In this document: positions 19,791-29,441 of the stretch, piece after piece
Layout: each line of letters opens with the position of its first letter
Position numbering within the stretch: the stretch's first letter is position 1
Origin: an uncultured Candidatus Rokubacteria bacterium
GTDB taxonomy: Bacteria > Methylomirabilota > Methylomirabilia > Rokubacteriales > DASRDR01
NCBI GenBank assembly: GCA_963805625.1
Contig: CAWDVE010000016.1
Coordinates: 384,001-448,000 of the forward strand
Direction: 5' to 3'
DNA length: 64,000 nt
Program-made: the position numbers and the translations under genes
The notes under the pieces: model-generated
Seen by the model: only the letters and a program-made list of their open reading frames with translations
What the model was told of the DNA's origin: nothing
Databases searched by the model: none

Positions 19791-20488
19791 ACTTCGTCCT
19801 GGACATCGAGACGATTCCCCGGGACCTCCGGGCGGAGCCCCGCAAGATCCAGGAGTACGTCTGGGAACGGGTCGTCCGGCGGGCGGACCCGGAGGGCGGC
19901 GGGCCTGGTCTGGACGAGTTCCTGGCGGGGATGGAGGCCGAGACGTTCGCCGGCCTTCGGCGCGAACTCGAGCGCTACATGGCGCTCCGCCCGGAGTTCG
20001 GCCACGTGATCTGCATCGGTATGGGCCACGATGGGCGGGGACGCGGCGAGCTCGAGACGAAGGCGCTGACGGCGCGGGCCATCGAGGACGAGCGGCGCAT
20101 CCTCGAGGCGTTCTGGGAGGTGGTCCGGAGCGCCCGCGACTGGCGGTTCGTCACCTACAACGGCCTCGCCTTCGATCTGCCGTATCTCATCCGCCGCTCC
20201 ATCTATGTGGGCGTGCCGCCAAGCTCGGGCCTTCCCCTCCGGCCCTACGCCCCGGACAGCCACTTCGACGTGATGCGCATCCTTTCGAACTGGGAGCGGG
20301 CGGACACCGTGCGGCTCGACGTCGTCGCCGAGCTGCTGGGGCTCCAGAAGTGGCCGCCCGGCATGGAGGGCTCCCAGGTGCTCGGGCTCTGGCGCGCGGG
20401 GCGGGTCGACGACATCGAGGCCTACTGCCTGGGAGACGTCCGGCTGGCGTACGACGTCTTTCTCCGCGTCGAGCCCTACTTCCGGTAG
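19787..20488 (+). CDS. PolB-related 3'-5' exonuclease (RNase H-like, DEDD)
   Basis: LDIET, VTYNGLAFDLPY, YCLGDV. Confidence 0.82.
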   Translation: MNFVLDIETIPRDLRAEPRKIQEYVWERVVRRADPEGGGPGLDEFLAGMEAETFAGLRRELERYMALRPEFGHVICIGMGHDGRGRGELETKALTARAIEDERRILEAFWEVVRSARDWRFVTYNGLAFDLPYLIRRSIYVGVPPSSGLPLRPYAPDSHFDVMRILSNWERADTVRLDVVAELLGLQKWPPGMEGSQVLGLWRAGRVDDIEAYCLGDVRLAYDVFLRVEPYFR

Positions 20489-20528
20489 CGGCGGGGCGGG
20501 GCGCGGCCGCGTTTCCCGCAGCCCGAGG

Positions 20529-21764
20529 TCAGGGAGCGGCGAGGCGCTCCCTGACGAGCGCGACGAGGCGATCGTACGTCAACGCCTCGCCGGCCCGGGA
20601 TTCGACCCGGGCCTCGCTCTTGAGGCCAGTCTCGGTGATCACGCAGCAGATCGTGCTCGCCGGGTCGAGGGCGCCCTCGGCCAGGAGCCGGCGCATGGCC
20701 GCGAGCGTCGCGACCCCGGTCGGCCCGGCGTAGAGCCCCTCGGTGCGGGCCAGGAGACGCTGCGCGTCCAGGACGGCTTCGTCCCCGACGTCGGTCGCGA
20801 GACCCTGGCCGTCCCGGAGCAGGCGCAGCACCCACGCGCCCTTCGCGCCGGGGTCGCCGACCGCGAGCCCCTCGGCGACGGTGTAGGCGAGGGGGACCGG
20901 CCGGAGATCCGTGCCCGCCCGCCACGCCGTTGCGACGGGGTTCGCCCTGGCCGACTGCGCGGCCACCAGGAGCGGAGGCTCCCGGATCCAACCGAGCGTG
21001 CGCATCTCGTTGAACGCGCGCCAGCCGGAGATGAACGCCTCCCCGACGGCCACCGGGTAGACGACGACGTCCGGCAGCCGGTACCCGCAGTCCTCCGCGA
21101 TCTCCCACGCGAGCGTCTTCTTTCCTTCCTGCTTGAAGGCGTTCCGCGAGGCGCCGCCGTCGAAGACCGGCTGCTCCTCGATCATCCGATCCCAGATTTG
21201 GATGAGGTCGTCGTAGAAGCCCTGATAGAGGACGAGGTCGGAGGCCACCAGGCTCATGTGGGCGAGCTTCGGGGCCGAGGCCTGCTCGTAGCAGAAGATG
21301 AGCGCCCGCAAGCCGGCCCGGGTTGCATAGCCCGCGAGCGAGGACCCCGCGTTCCCGGTCGACACCACGGAGATGGCGCGATATCCGAACTGGAGTGCTG
21401 CGGCGACGGCCGTGGCCGACGAGCGGTCCTTGATGGTGCCCGTCGGATTGGTCCCCTCGAACTTGAGGAGGAGTCGCCGCACGCCGAGGACGCGGGCCAG
21501 GGTGGGGGCATCGAGGAGCGGTGTACTTCCCTCGCCGAGCGAGACGAAGTGCGCCGGGTCGCGGATGGGAAGGACCGGGTGGTATCGCCACACGCCTCGC
21601 CCGGCGAAGGCCGCGCCCGGGCCCGCGCGACGCAACGGCTCGAGGTCATAGACGGGCTCGAGGAGGCCCCCGCACCCGGGGCACGCGAGGCGATACTCGA
21701 GCGGTAGCTCGCCCCGGCAGTCGATGCACCGGAGGCCCAGCGCGCACGAGCCAGGCCCGCTCAC
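20529..21764 (-). CDS. Threonine synthase-like PLP-dependent enzyme (second paralog)
   Basis: N-terminal CxxC..CxxC, SLGEGSTP, NPTGTIKDR, STGNAG, EGKKT. Confidence 0.82.
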   Translation of the reverse strand: MSGPGSCALGLRCIDCRGELPLEYRLACPGCGGLLEPVYDLEPLRRAGPGAAFAGRGVWRYHPVLPIRDPAHFVSLGEGSTPLLDAPTLARVLGVRRLLLKFEGTNPTGTIKDRSSATAVAAALQFGYRAISVVSTGNAGSSLAGYATRAGLRALIFCYEQASAPKLAHMSLVASDLVLYQGFYDDLIQIWDRMIEEQPVFDGGASRNAFKQEGKKTLAWEIAEDCGYRLPDVVVYPVAVGEAFISGWRAFNEMRTLGWIREPPLLVAAQSARANPVATAWRAGTDLRPVPLAYTVAEGLAVGDPGAKGAWVLRLLRDGQGLATDVGDEAVLDAQRLLARTEGLYAGPTGVATLAAMRRLLAEGALDPASTICCVITETGLKSEARVESRAGEALTYDRLVALVRERLAAP

Positions 21765-21821
21765 GTGGCCAAACCTATGGCGCACCCCGGGACGTGTCAA
21801 CGCCCGGGCCGACTGAGCCCG

Positions 21822-22721
21822 TCAGGCCCGGTGCGCGAGGGCCACGCCGCCCAGGACGGCGACCGCGCCCAGGGCGAGGGACGGGGTGAGTGTCTCCTGG
21901 CCGGCCAGGACCGCGATCGTGGTGGCAATCAGGGGGATGAGGAACGAGAACGCCACGACGCGGGCGGTGGCGGCGCGAGCGAGCGCCATGTACCAGAGGA
22001 GGTTCGCCAGGGCGATCGTTCCGGCGGAGAGGTACGCGAGGAGCAGCCACTGACCGGAGGTGAGCAGAGCCCAGCGCACGTCGCGGAGCCCCGGCCCGCC
22101 GAACGGCAGAAGCGCGATCACGCCGACGAGGGTGGCCCAGGTCGTGACAGCCAGCGGCGTGGCCCGTGCGAGCAGTCGCTTCCCGACCACGGTGTAGAGG
22201 GCCCAGGACAGGCTCGCGCCGAGGCTCAGCAGGTCCCCCAGCGCGGAGGCCGCCCCGTGGCTGCCGCGCAGCACGATCAGCGCGACCCCGAGGAAGCCGA
22301 GCGCGATGCCGCTCGTGCGGCGCGCTCCGACCGGCTCCCCGTACAGCAGGCGGGCCAGGAGCGCCGCCAGCACCGGGCTCAGCGCGACCAGGATCGCCGC
22401 ATGCCCGGGCGAGGTGCGATGGACCCCCATGATGAGGAGGCTGTGGAAGAGCGTGTTGCCGAACAGGCCCAGCAGCACGACGACGCCCCAGTCGCGGGGC
22501 CGAAGGGTGGAGCGGAGCGCGCCGGTGGCCAGGCCCACCGCGACCAGGATGACGGCCGCCACCCCGCAGCGGAAGGTGGCGAACGCGATCGGCGGGAAGA
22601 ACGGCTGCGTCGCCTTGATCGCGGAGTAGCTCCCGCCCCAGATCAGGACGACGAAGAGGAGGATCGGGACGACGGCGGCGTCGGCCGGCCGGCGTCCCGC
22701 GGCCCGGCCCGGGTCCGTCAG
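21822..22721 (-). CDS. EamA/DMT family transporter
   Basis: About 10 TM helices, LIWGG, GDLLSLGASLSWALYTV; start unclear because the frame is continuous with the upstream lipoprotein. Confidence 0.85.
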   Translation of the reverse strand: MTDPGRAAGRRPADAAVVPILLFVVLIWGGSYSAIKATQPFFPPIAFATFRCGVAAVILVAVGLATGALRSTLRPRDWGVVVLLGLFGNTLFHSLLIMGVHRTSPGHAAILVALSPVLAALLARLLYGEPVGARRTSGIALGFLGVALIVLRGSHGAASALGDLLSLGASLSWALYTVVGKRLLARATPLAVTTWATLVGVIALLPFGGPGLRDVRWALLTSGQWLLLAYLSAGTIALANLLWYMALARAATARVVAFSFLIPLIATTIAVLAGQETLTPSLALGAVAVLGGVALAHRA

Positions 22722-23060
22722 CGGGTCTTCATGTCCTCCGGGAAAGTTGGAGGAGAAGGAATAGGACTTGACGATGCCCTGGGCATTGAACGTGACCTCG
22801 AGCTGCTTCGAGAGGTCACCTTCCTTACCCGAGCCCTTCTTCCAGAAGTACCAGGTCCAGGTCTGGTCTCCGTCCTTCATGCCCACCTGGGTCGGATCGC
22901 CGTACATCTTCAGGAGATCGGCCTTCGTCGTGACGCCGTTCTTGATCTCCGCGCCCGGCTTGGGCGACGGGAAGTCGCGGCCCGTGCTGAACGCCGCGCA
23001 CGCAGCGAGCGAGACGGCGAACACGAGGACGGTCGTGAGCGCGGCCAGACGGTATCGCAT
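22718..23060 (-). CDS. BamE/SmpA-like outer-membrane lipoprotein (probable 1-bp indel near its 3' end)
   Basis: Lipobox LAAC, GVTTKADLLKMYGDP..WTW, LEVTFNAQGIVKSY; removing one base at about 22744 gives NFPEDMKTR-stop. Confidence 0.65.
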
Positions 23061-23111
23061 CGCGGGCCTCCTGGTCTGAGTTTGAACGGCGCCCACTGTA
23101 GCCGAGCAGCG

Positions 23112-23171
23112 CGAGGGGTGTCAACGCGCACGCGCCGTCCACCGATCGGACCGCCGCCTTGACACCCCTCG
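23112..23171. repeat. Perfect 13-bp inverted repeat containing the -35 boxes of back-to-back promoters
   Basis: CGAGGGGTGTCAA (23112-23124) and TTGACACCCCTCG (23159-23171); each TTGACA is followed after 18 nt by TACAGT (-) or TAGCGT (+). Confidence 0.6.
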
Positions 23172-23376
23172 GGGGCCCCCACTAGCGTGGACTTCTCCCC
23201 TGTACGGCCGCGGATCCTCCGACGGGGCGCGAGAACCGGCTGCCGTCGGGCAGCTCCCGGCCGGCTCGGGATGAGGTCCGCATGTGCGGACGCGGCGCTC
23301 CGAGGTATGAGACCGGGCGCGGGTCGAGGCCTCCCGGGGCCGCTCCCCGCGCCTACCAGATCGAGAGGAGACGACC

Positions 23377-24505
23377 ATGCAGAGTGGCTGGCTGGACCAG
23401 TTCTACCGTCGCGTTGCCGCCGCGCCCAGGGCGGAGCCCGAGACCACCGCGCCCCCAGAGGCGCCGAGCGACGTGTCCCGGCGGGCGTTCATCCAGAGCG
23501 GCCTGGCCACGGGCGTCACGGCCGGCATGGCGGCCGGCAGTCATGCTCGCCCAGACGCAGGTCGCGCAGGCGCAGGCGGCGGGCGACACGCCGATCGGGC
23601 CGAAGTGGTGGCCGTCGCGATGGGGCCCGCAGGACGAGGCCGGCGCGTCCAACTGGATCACGCCCGCCAAGGTGCTCGAGGCTGCGCGGCTCATCAAGAC
23701 CGGGAAGATCTACGAGCTCGGGCGCGTCTACGAGGCCGAAATGCCGCTCTTCGGAGCCCGCGTGTTCGCGCTCCGGATCCCCGGCACGCCGACCGGCGGG
23801 CCGTTCGGCAAGAACAAGCTCGTCTACCACGACGAGTTCGTCTGCGACGGAGATCGGCCAGGTCGGCACCCAGTTCGATGGACTCGGCCACATCGGCTGC
23901 ATCACCGGCAAGGACGGCGACATGACCGAGATGCGGTACTACAATGGCTTCACCGAGGCCGAGATGGCCAACGCCTACGGGCTCCAGAAGCTCGGCATCG
24001 AGAAGATGCAAGCCGTTCTTCACCCGCGGAGTCCTGGTCGATGTGGCGGGGCTCAAGGGGCGCATGCTCAACATGGGTGAGGAGATCAGGTCGCCGACGT
24101 CCAGGCCGCGCTCCAGCGCCAGGGCATCGCCGAGTCGAGCATCCAGCCGGGCGACGGGGTGTTCTTCAATACCGGGTGGAGCAGTCTCTGGATGAAGGAC
24201 AACGCCAAGTTCAACGAGGGCGAGCCCGGGATCGGGCTGGACGTCGCGCGCTGGTGCGCGGCCAAGCAGCTCGCCCTGGTCGGCGCGGACACCTGGGCGA
24301 CCGAGGTCGTGCCCAACCCGAATCCGGACCTCGCGTTCGTCGTGCACAACGAGCTGCTCACGAAGAACGGGATCTTCAACCACGAGAACCTGGACTTCAC
24401 CGACCTGATCAAGGACAAGGTCTCCGAGTTCGTCTACGTGTTCGCCCCGCTCCGCATCAAGGGCGCGAACGGGCTCGCCCGGGACGCCCGATCGCGATCG
24501 TGTAA
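23377..24505 (+). pseudogene. Tat-exported cyclase-family (kynurenine formamidase-like) metallohydrolase, frameshifted
   Basis: SRRAFIQ Tat motif; WWPSRWG..DEAGASN, GTQFDGLGH, FTRGVLVD, VGADTW, ENL, PGRPIAI spread over several frames. Confidence 0.75.
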
Positions 24506-24681
24506 CGTCGGACCAAGTGACGCCCGGTCAGCGGGCTCCGGATCGCGCGCGGCTCGATCGTCGGACCCGAGCTCTGATCCGCGAGACTGCCGGTCGCGCC
24601 GTCAGGGCGACGTTGCGGAACGGCTGGGATCACGGCATATCATCCGGTGTGACCACTCGCCCGTCCGCTCCCTCCTCGCTG

Positions 24682-25467
24682 ATGGGAGACGCTCCGCTGA
24701 GCTCCGGCGCACCGGCGGCCCGCGGCCCGGCCGCGGCGCGCGCCGAGGCCTGGGCGGGCGGGCGTGACGCGCTGACCACGGTCGTCCCGAGCATCGTGGC
24801 CTACGGGGTCGTGTGGGGCGGCCTCGCTCGCCAGGCGGGCCTGTCCCTGGGGGAGCTGGTGGCGATGTGCCTCCTCGTCACCGCCGGGACCGCGCAGTTC
24901 GTCGCGCTGCCCATGCTGCAATCCGGCGCGCCGGCGTGGCTCCTGGTGGTGACGACCTACATCGTCAACCTCCGCCACTACCTGATGGCCGCGAGCCTGG
25001 CGCCATACTTCGCGCACCTCTCGCGAGGGCGCCTGGCGCTTCTCGCCCACGGCATCACGGACGAGTCGTACGCCCTCACGACGGCGCGCTTCGCGCGGCA
25101 GCCGGCCCACCCGGCCTACTTTGCCGGCTCGGCGGCCGCGACCTACGTCGCCTGGTACCTGGGCGCTGCCGCCGGCGGCGTTCTCGGCGGCCGCATCCCC
25201 GACCCTCACCGGTACGGGCTCGACTTCGTGTTCCCGGCCGTGTTCATCGCGATCCTCGCGCGGACGATCCACGCACCGTGGCAATGGGCGGTGGCGGGGG
25301 TCGCGGCCCTCGTGGCGTTGGCCGTGAAGGGCGCGGTCGGGGGCACCTGGCACATCGCGGTGGCCGGTCTCGGCGCCTCCGCCCTCGGCATCTGGCTCGC
25401 GCCGCGCGCCGCCCTCGGGAGCGCGGCGCCGACCCCGGATCCCCGCCGCCGGACGGCGCCGCGATGA
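24682..25467 (+). CDS. azlC: AzlC-family branched-chain amino acid exporter, large subunit
   Basis: AGTAQF, VNLRHYLM, ITDESYA, GLDFVFPAVFIA. Confidence 0.88.
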   Translation: MGDAPLSSGAPAARGPAAARAEAWAGGRDALTTVVPSIVAYGVVWGGLARQAGLSLGELVAMCLLVTAGTAQFVALPMLQSGAPAWLLVVTTYIVNLRHYLMAASLAPYFAHLSRGRLALLAHGITDESYALTTARFARQPAHPAYFAGSAAATYVAWYLGAAAGGVLGGRIPDPHRYGLDFVFPAVFIAILARTIHAPWQWAVAGVAALVALAVKGAVGGTWHIAVAGLGASALGIWLAPRAALGSAAPTPDPRRRTAPR

Positions 25468-25787
25468 TCAGGCCCGGGCTCCTGCTCACGTTCGCCGCCA
25501 TGGGCGCGGCGACCTATCTGACGCGCGCCCCGTTGCTCCTCGCGCTGGCGCGGCGGCGGCTGCCGGGCTGGGTCGAGCGGTACTTCGCGGCGCTCCCGAT
25601 CGCCTTGCTCACGGCCCTCGCGCTGCCCCTGGTCATTCTCGGCTCCGGGGACGGCGCGCCGGCGTGGGTGACCGATCTCCCGGCGGCCGCGGCCGTCGCC
25701 GTCCTCGCCCGCGGCACGGGGCATCTCCTGGTGGCCGTCGCGGGCGGCGTGGTCCTCGCCGCCGCGCTGCGCGCCCTGCTAGGATAG
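25464..25787 (+). CDS. azlD: AzlD-family small subunit
   Basis: ATGA overlap with azlC; MGAATYLTRAP, LPIALLTAL. Confidence 0.8.
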   Translation: MIRPGLLLTFAAMGAATYLTRAPLLLALARRRLPGWVERYFAALPIALLTALALPLVILGSGDGAPAWVTDLPAAAAVAVLARGTGHLLVAVAGGVVLAAALRALLG

Positions 25788-25847
25788 ACGCGTGGAATCG
25801 GGCGTGAGGGTAGTTCACTGAGCGTCGGCGCGGCCGAGTCGTTCACG

Positions 25848-27452
25848 GTGGAGGAGCGGGCGAAGCTGGCCCCGTACTTCACCAGCGTCGACACCCCGGT
25901 CTTCGCGCTCGTCAACCTTCCCGAGGTCGTCAAGGGCGCCCTCTTCGCGCGCTACTCACGCTCCCCCAAGTCTCTTCGCCGGCTGTTCCTCGACGAGTTC
26001 GCGGGCACGGCGGCGCTGGCGGGGGAGGGGACCGCCCCCGCCGGGGACGTTGGCATCGCGCGAGCGGAGAGCCTCTTCGAGCGCGTCTTCGTCGAGTACG
26101 GGGACGACTCGGTGGCGCAGCTAGGGGGCGTCCACCTCGCGTGCGAGGGCGTTTCCAACGTCCTCACGAAGCTCCTCGAGTGGGGCCGTCTCATGGCCTA
26201 CCTCGAGCAGTCGACCCGCTACGTCCCCTACGCGGACCGGCCCGGCGGGCACTGGCGCTACCACGTGCCGGCGGAGGTCCGCGGGACACCGCTCGAGCGC
26301 GAGTTCGGGGCGACGCTCGACCTCATGTTCGAAACGTACGCTCGGTGGCTCGAGCCGATGCAGGAGCACTTCCGCCGGCGCCACCCGCCTCAGCCGTCGG
26401 ACTCCGAGGTCGTCTACCGGAACACCATACGGGCGAAGGCGCTCGACACCCTCCGCGGGCTCCTTCCGGCCGCGACGCGGTCGAACGTGGGACTCTACGG
26501 CACGGGCCAGGCGTACGAGGCCCTCCTCCTGCGCCTTCGCGCGTCGCCGCTCGCCGAGGCGCGCGCGTGCGCGGACCTCATGCTGACCGAGCTGCGCAAG
26601 ATGATTCCGGCTTTCCTTCGGCGCGTGGATGCCCCCGACCGCGGCGGCGCCTGGTCGGCCTACCTCGCGGCCACGAGTGCGGCCGCGGAGTCGGCGGCCG
26701 CCGCCGCGCTCGGCCAGATCGCTCCGGAGCCGCGCCCGGAGGTGGTGCTCGCGGACTTCGATCCCGAGGGCGAGGTGAAGGTCGTGGCCGCCGCGCTCTA
26801 CGCCGTCTCGGGCCACCCCGACGACCAGCTCCTCGCGCTCGCCCGCCGGATGACCACCCAGGAGCGGGCGGCGGTCCTGCGCGCGTACGTGGGCGAGCGT
26901 GCGAACCGGCGGCACAAGCCGGGACGCGCCTTCGAGCGGACGAGCTACCGGTTCGACATCCTCACGGACTACGGCGCGTTCCGCGACCTCCAGCGGCACC
27001 GGCTCCTGTCGCTCGAGTGGCAGCCGCTCGGTCCCCGGCACGGCTACGCCATTCCCGAGGCGGTGGAGGAGAGCGGCGGCGGCACCGATTGGCGACGGGT
27101 CATGGAAGCCTCGGCCGCGCTCCACGACGCGGTGTCCGCCGTGGGCCTCGCCCCGGCGGCGCCCTACGCCGTGTGCATGGCCTACCGGATCCGCTTCTAC
27201 ATGGAGATGAACGCTCGCGAGGCGATGCACGTGCTCGAGCTCCGGACCGCACCCCAGGGCCACCCTGCCTACCGGCGCGTCTGCCAGGCGATGCATCGCC
27301 TCATCGCGGAGCAGGCCGGCCACCACGGGCTCGCGGCGGCCATGCGCTTCGTCGACCACTCGGCCGTCGAGCTGGAGCGGCTCGAGGCGGAGCGCCGCAC
27401 CGACGCCCGGCGGCGCGCGCTATCGGAGGCGGGGCCGACCGAGCGCGGGTGA
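25848..27452 (+). CDS. thyX: FAD-dependent thymidylate synthase (long two-domain ThyX)
   Basis: ALFARYSRS, YGDDSVAQL, YLEQSTRY, FRDLQRHR, ELRTAPQGHPAYR. Confidence 0.85.
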   Translation: MEERAKLAPYFTSVDTPVFALVNLPEVVKGALFARYSRSPKSLRRLFLDEFAGTAALAGEGTAPAGDVGIARAESLFERVFVEYGDDSVAQLGGVHLACEGVSNVLTKLLEWGRLMAYLEQSTRYVPYADRPGGHWRYHVPAEVRGTPLEREFGATLDLMFETYARWLEPMQEHFRRRHPPQPSDSEVVYRNTIRAKALDTLRGLLPAATRSNVGLYGTGQAYEALLLRLRASPLAEARACADLMLTELRKMIPAFLRRVDAPDRGGAWSAYLAATSAAAESAAAAALGQIAPEPRPEVVLADFDPEGEVKVVAAALYAVSGHPDDQLLALARRMTTQERAAVLRAYVGERANRRHKPGRAFERTSYRFDILTDYGAFRDLQRHRLLSLEWQPLGPRHGYAIPEAVEESGGGTDWRRVMEASAALHDAVSAVGLAPAAPYAVCMAYRIRFYMEMNAREAMHVLELRTAPQGHPAYRRVCQAMHRLIAEQAGHHGLAAAMRFVDHSAVELERLEAERRTDARRRALSEAGPTERG

Positions 27453-27481
27453 ACCGTGCGAGCGGCTCGGGCGGCTCGAGC

Positions 27482-28384
27482 TCAGGCCCGAGCACCCCGG
27501 GGTACCGCGCCCGAGTCGGCCTCGATGAGGGCAGCCAGCTCCCCGAGCCCCGCGAGGCACCGCGGCCGCCGGAGGCGACGAATGGGCACTGCCGCGGCGA
27601 GCCGCGCGCACTGGGCGAGGAAGCTCGGCGAGCCGAGCAGCTCGAGCGCCGGCGCGACATAGGTGTGCTGGAGCAGCTCGAAGACCGCCGCGTGGCCGCT
27701 GAGGGGCTCGAGCCCCAGCGATTCGGTCTCGGTCAGCACGTAGACCCGCCGTAGGGGTCGCGGTGCCGTCGCCACGGTGTCCGCGACTCGCGCCCGCTTC
27801 TCCTCGCTCGCGTGTAGGCGCGGCAGGTCCTCCGGGCTCTCCCCCAGCGCCATTACCGCATCGGGCCACAGCTTGAGCAAGGGGAACCCCGGCAGGGCGG
27901 CCGGTCCGCCCGAGGCCGCCAGGTCCAGGGCGACCACGTCGTCCGCAACGATGGCCCCGCCCCGCGCGTGCAGCGTTGCGGCCGTGGTCGATTTTCCGTG
28001 GCCGGAGTGGCCGAGGAACGCCACCACGCCGCCGTCGAGGCTCACGGCACTTGCGTGGAGGACCAGGAATCCACGCTGGTGGAGGAGGAGCGCGAGCACC
28101 GGTCCCAGCAGATAGAGGCGCAGCAGGTCGAGAGCCGACTCGGGCTGCGGGTCGAGGGTGATCTCGCGCCCGTGACGCAGGAGGACCGCGCCAACGTCCG
28201 GCCAGTAGAGACAGATCTCGTCGGCGTTCGCGCGGAGGAGGCAATCGCCCACCGGCGGGTCGCTTGGGACGCCGGGGACGTGCCCGAGACGAACCACCAC
28301 GTCGGGTGGGGCTCGTCCCGGGATGAGCTCGGGAAGCTCCAGGGCCGAGTGGATGCTCAGGCCGTACGCGACGTAGGTGAACAC
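27482..28384 (-). CDS. HPr-kinase-like Ser/Thr kinase of the lasso cluster (PadeK-like)
   Basis: YVAYGLSIHS, LHASAV, Walker A GHSGHGKST, IVADDV, LKLWPDA; lies directly downstream of the precursors. Confidence 0.85.
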   Translation of the reverse strand: MFTYVAYGLSIHSALELPELIPGRAPPDVVVRLGHVPGVPSDPPVGDCLLRANADEICLYWPDVGAVLLRHGREITLDPQPESALDLLRLYLLGPVLALLLHQRGFLVLHASAVSLDGGVVAFLGHSGHGKSTTAATLHARGGAIVADDVVALDLAASGGPAALPGFPLLKLWPDAVMALGESPEDLPRLHASEEKRARVADTVATAPRPLRRVYVLTETESLGLEPLSGHAAVFELLQHTYVAPALELLGSPSFLAQCARLAAAVPIRRLRRPRCLAGLGELAALIEADSGAVPRGARA

Positions 28385-28425
28385 GGGCGGCCGGCTCGGC
28401 GGCTGAGTCTCGGGAAGCCTGACCG

Positions 28426-28959
28426 TCAGGCCACGGGCGCGCCCTCGCGCACCGCGAGCTCGACGTGGAGGGCGGCGGTTTCCCCGCGGAGCGCCGTCAG
28501 CTCGCGCTCGAGAGCCTCGAGCCGGGCCGTCTGGGTCTGGACCAGGCCGTGGAGGCCCTGGAGGGCCGCGAGGGCAACGCCGGCGGCGTCGAGGGGGAAG
28601 ATGTGCCGGTCGTCCGCGCCCAGGCCGAAGGCGGCGGCGAAGTCCTGGGCCATCGGGCCGAGATGGCGAACGGTCTCACCTTTGTAGGACCACCGCTCGA
28701 TCGGCAGTGCCGCGACCGCGGCCAAGATCTCGCGGAGATCGACCGACTCGAAGCCTTCCTTGACGTTCCGGTCGCTGTCGTCTGCCGGACTGATCTGGGC
28801 GAAGGTGAGGGCGGGCACGCGCCCGTGTTCGGTGAGACGCGGGCGCGTGTACGGCTTCAGCGCGCTCGCGGGCGCCTGCTTCGCGGGCCCGGCTGCCGGC
28901 TGTCCATCCGTGAGGTCCGGCTCGTTCGTCGGTGTCTGGTCCGAGATGCTCAGTTCCAT
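28426..28959 (-). CDS. Lasso-type precursor (copy 2) fused to a Peptidase_S74-like autocleaving chaperone domain
   Basis: Leader KPYTRPRLTEHGRVPALT-F, core AQISPADD, then SDRNVK...LPIERWSYK...HLGPMAQDF and a coiled coil; AGGAGG RBS. Confidence 0.8.
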   Translation of the reverse strand: MELSISDQTPTNEPDLTDGQPAAGPAKQAPASALKPYTRPRLTEHGRVPALTFAQISPADDSDRNVKEGFESVDLREILAAVAALPIERWSYKGETVRHLGPMAQDFAAAFGLGADDRHIFPLDAAGVALAALQGLHGLVQTQTARLEALERELTALRGETAALHVELAVREGAPVA

Positions 28960-29441
28960 GGCGCCCCTCCTGAGAGTCGGTGGATCAGGCTGACGACACC
29001 GCCCACCGCAAGCATGGGGTGAGGGAAGCGGATGCGCTGCCGGGGCCCATCATGCGCGAACGCGGGCATCGGTGCCACCGGCTCTGGCCGTTAGGCCACG
29101 GGCTCGCCCTCGCGCAGGGCGAGTTCGAGCCGGAGGGCAGCGGCCTCCCCGCGGAGCGCCGCCAACTCGCGCTCGAGAGCCTCGAGCCGGGCCGTCTGGG
29201 TCTGCACCAGACTGTGGAGGCCCTGGAGGGCCGCGAGGGCGACGCCGGCGGCGTCGAGGGGAAAGATGTGGCGGTCGTCCGCCCCGAGGCCGAAGGCGGC
29301 GGCGAAGTCCTGGGCCATCGGGCCGAGATGGCGAACCGCCTCCCCCTGGTAGGACCACCGCTCGATCGGCAGCGCCGCGACCGCAGCCAGGACCGCCCGC
29401 GAATCAACCGGCGCGAAGCCATCCTTCAGGCTTCGATCGCT
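28426..29441 (-). repeat. Direct duplication of the 351-nt S74-coding segment (28426-28776 and 29091-29441)
   Basis: Equal length, no gaps, 99/116 identical residues by manual alignment, long identical DNA runs. Confidence 0.9.

Noticed and set aside
19787-20488. Defence-system nuclease
   Set aside because: A stand-alone PolB-like exonuclease downstream of a GGDEF gene, with no defence-associated partners nearby.
21822-23096. Genuine lipoprotein-EamA fusion protein (424 aa ORF)
   Set aside because: Removing one base restores a natural stop (PEDMKTR-stop), and the site lies in an indel-rich segment.
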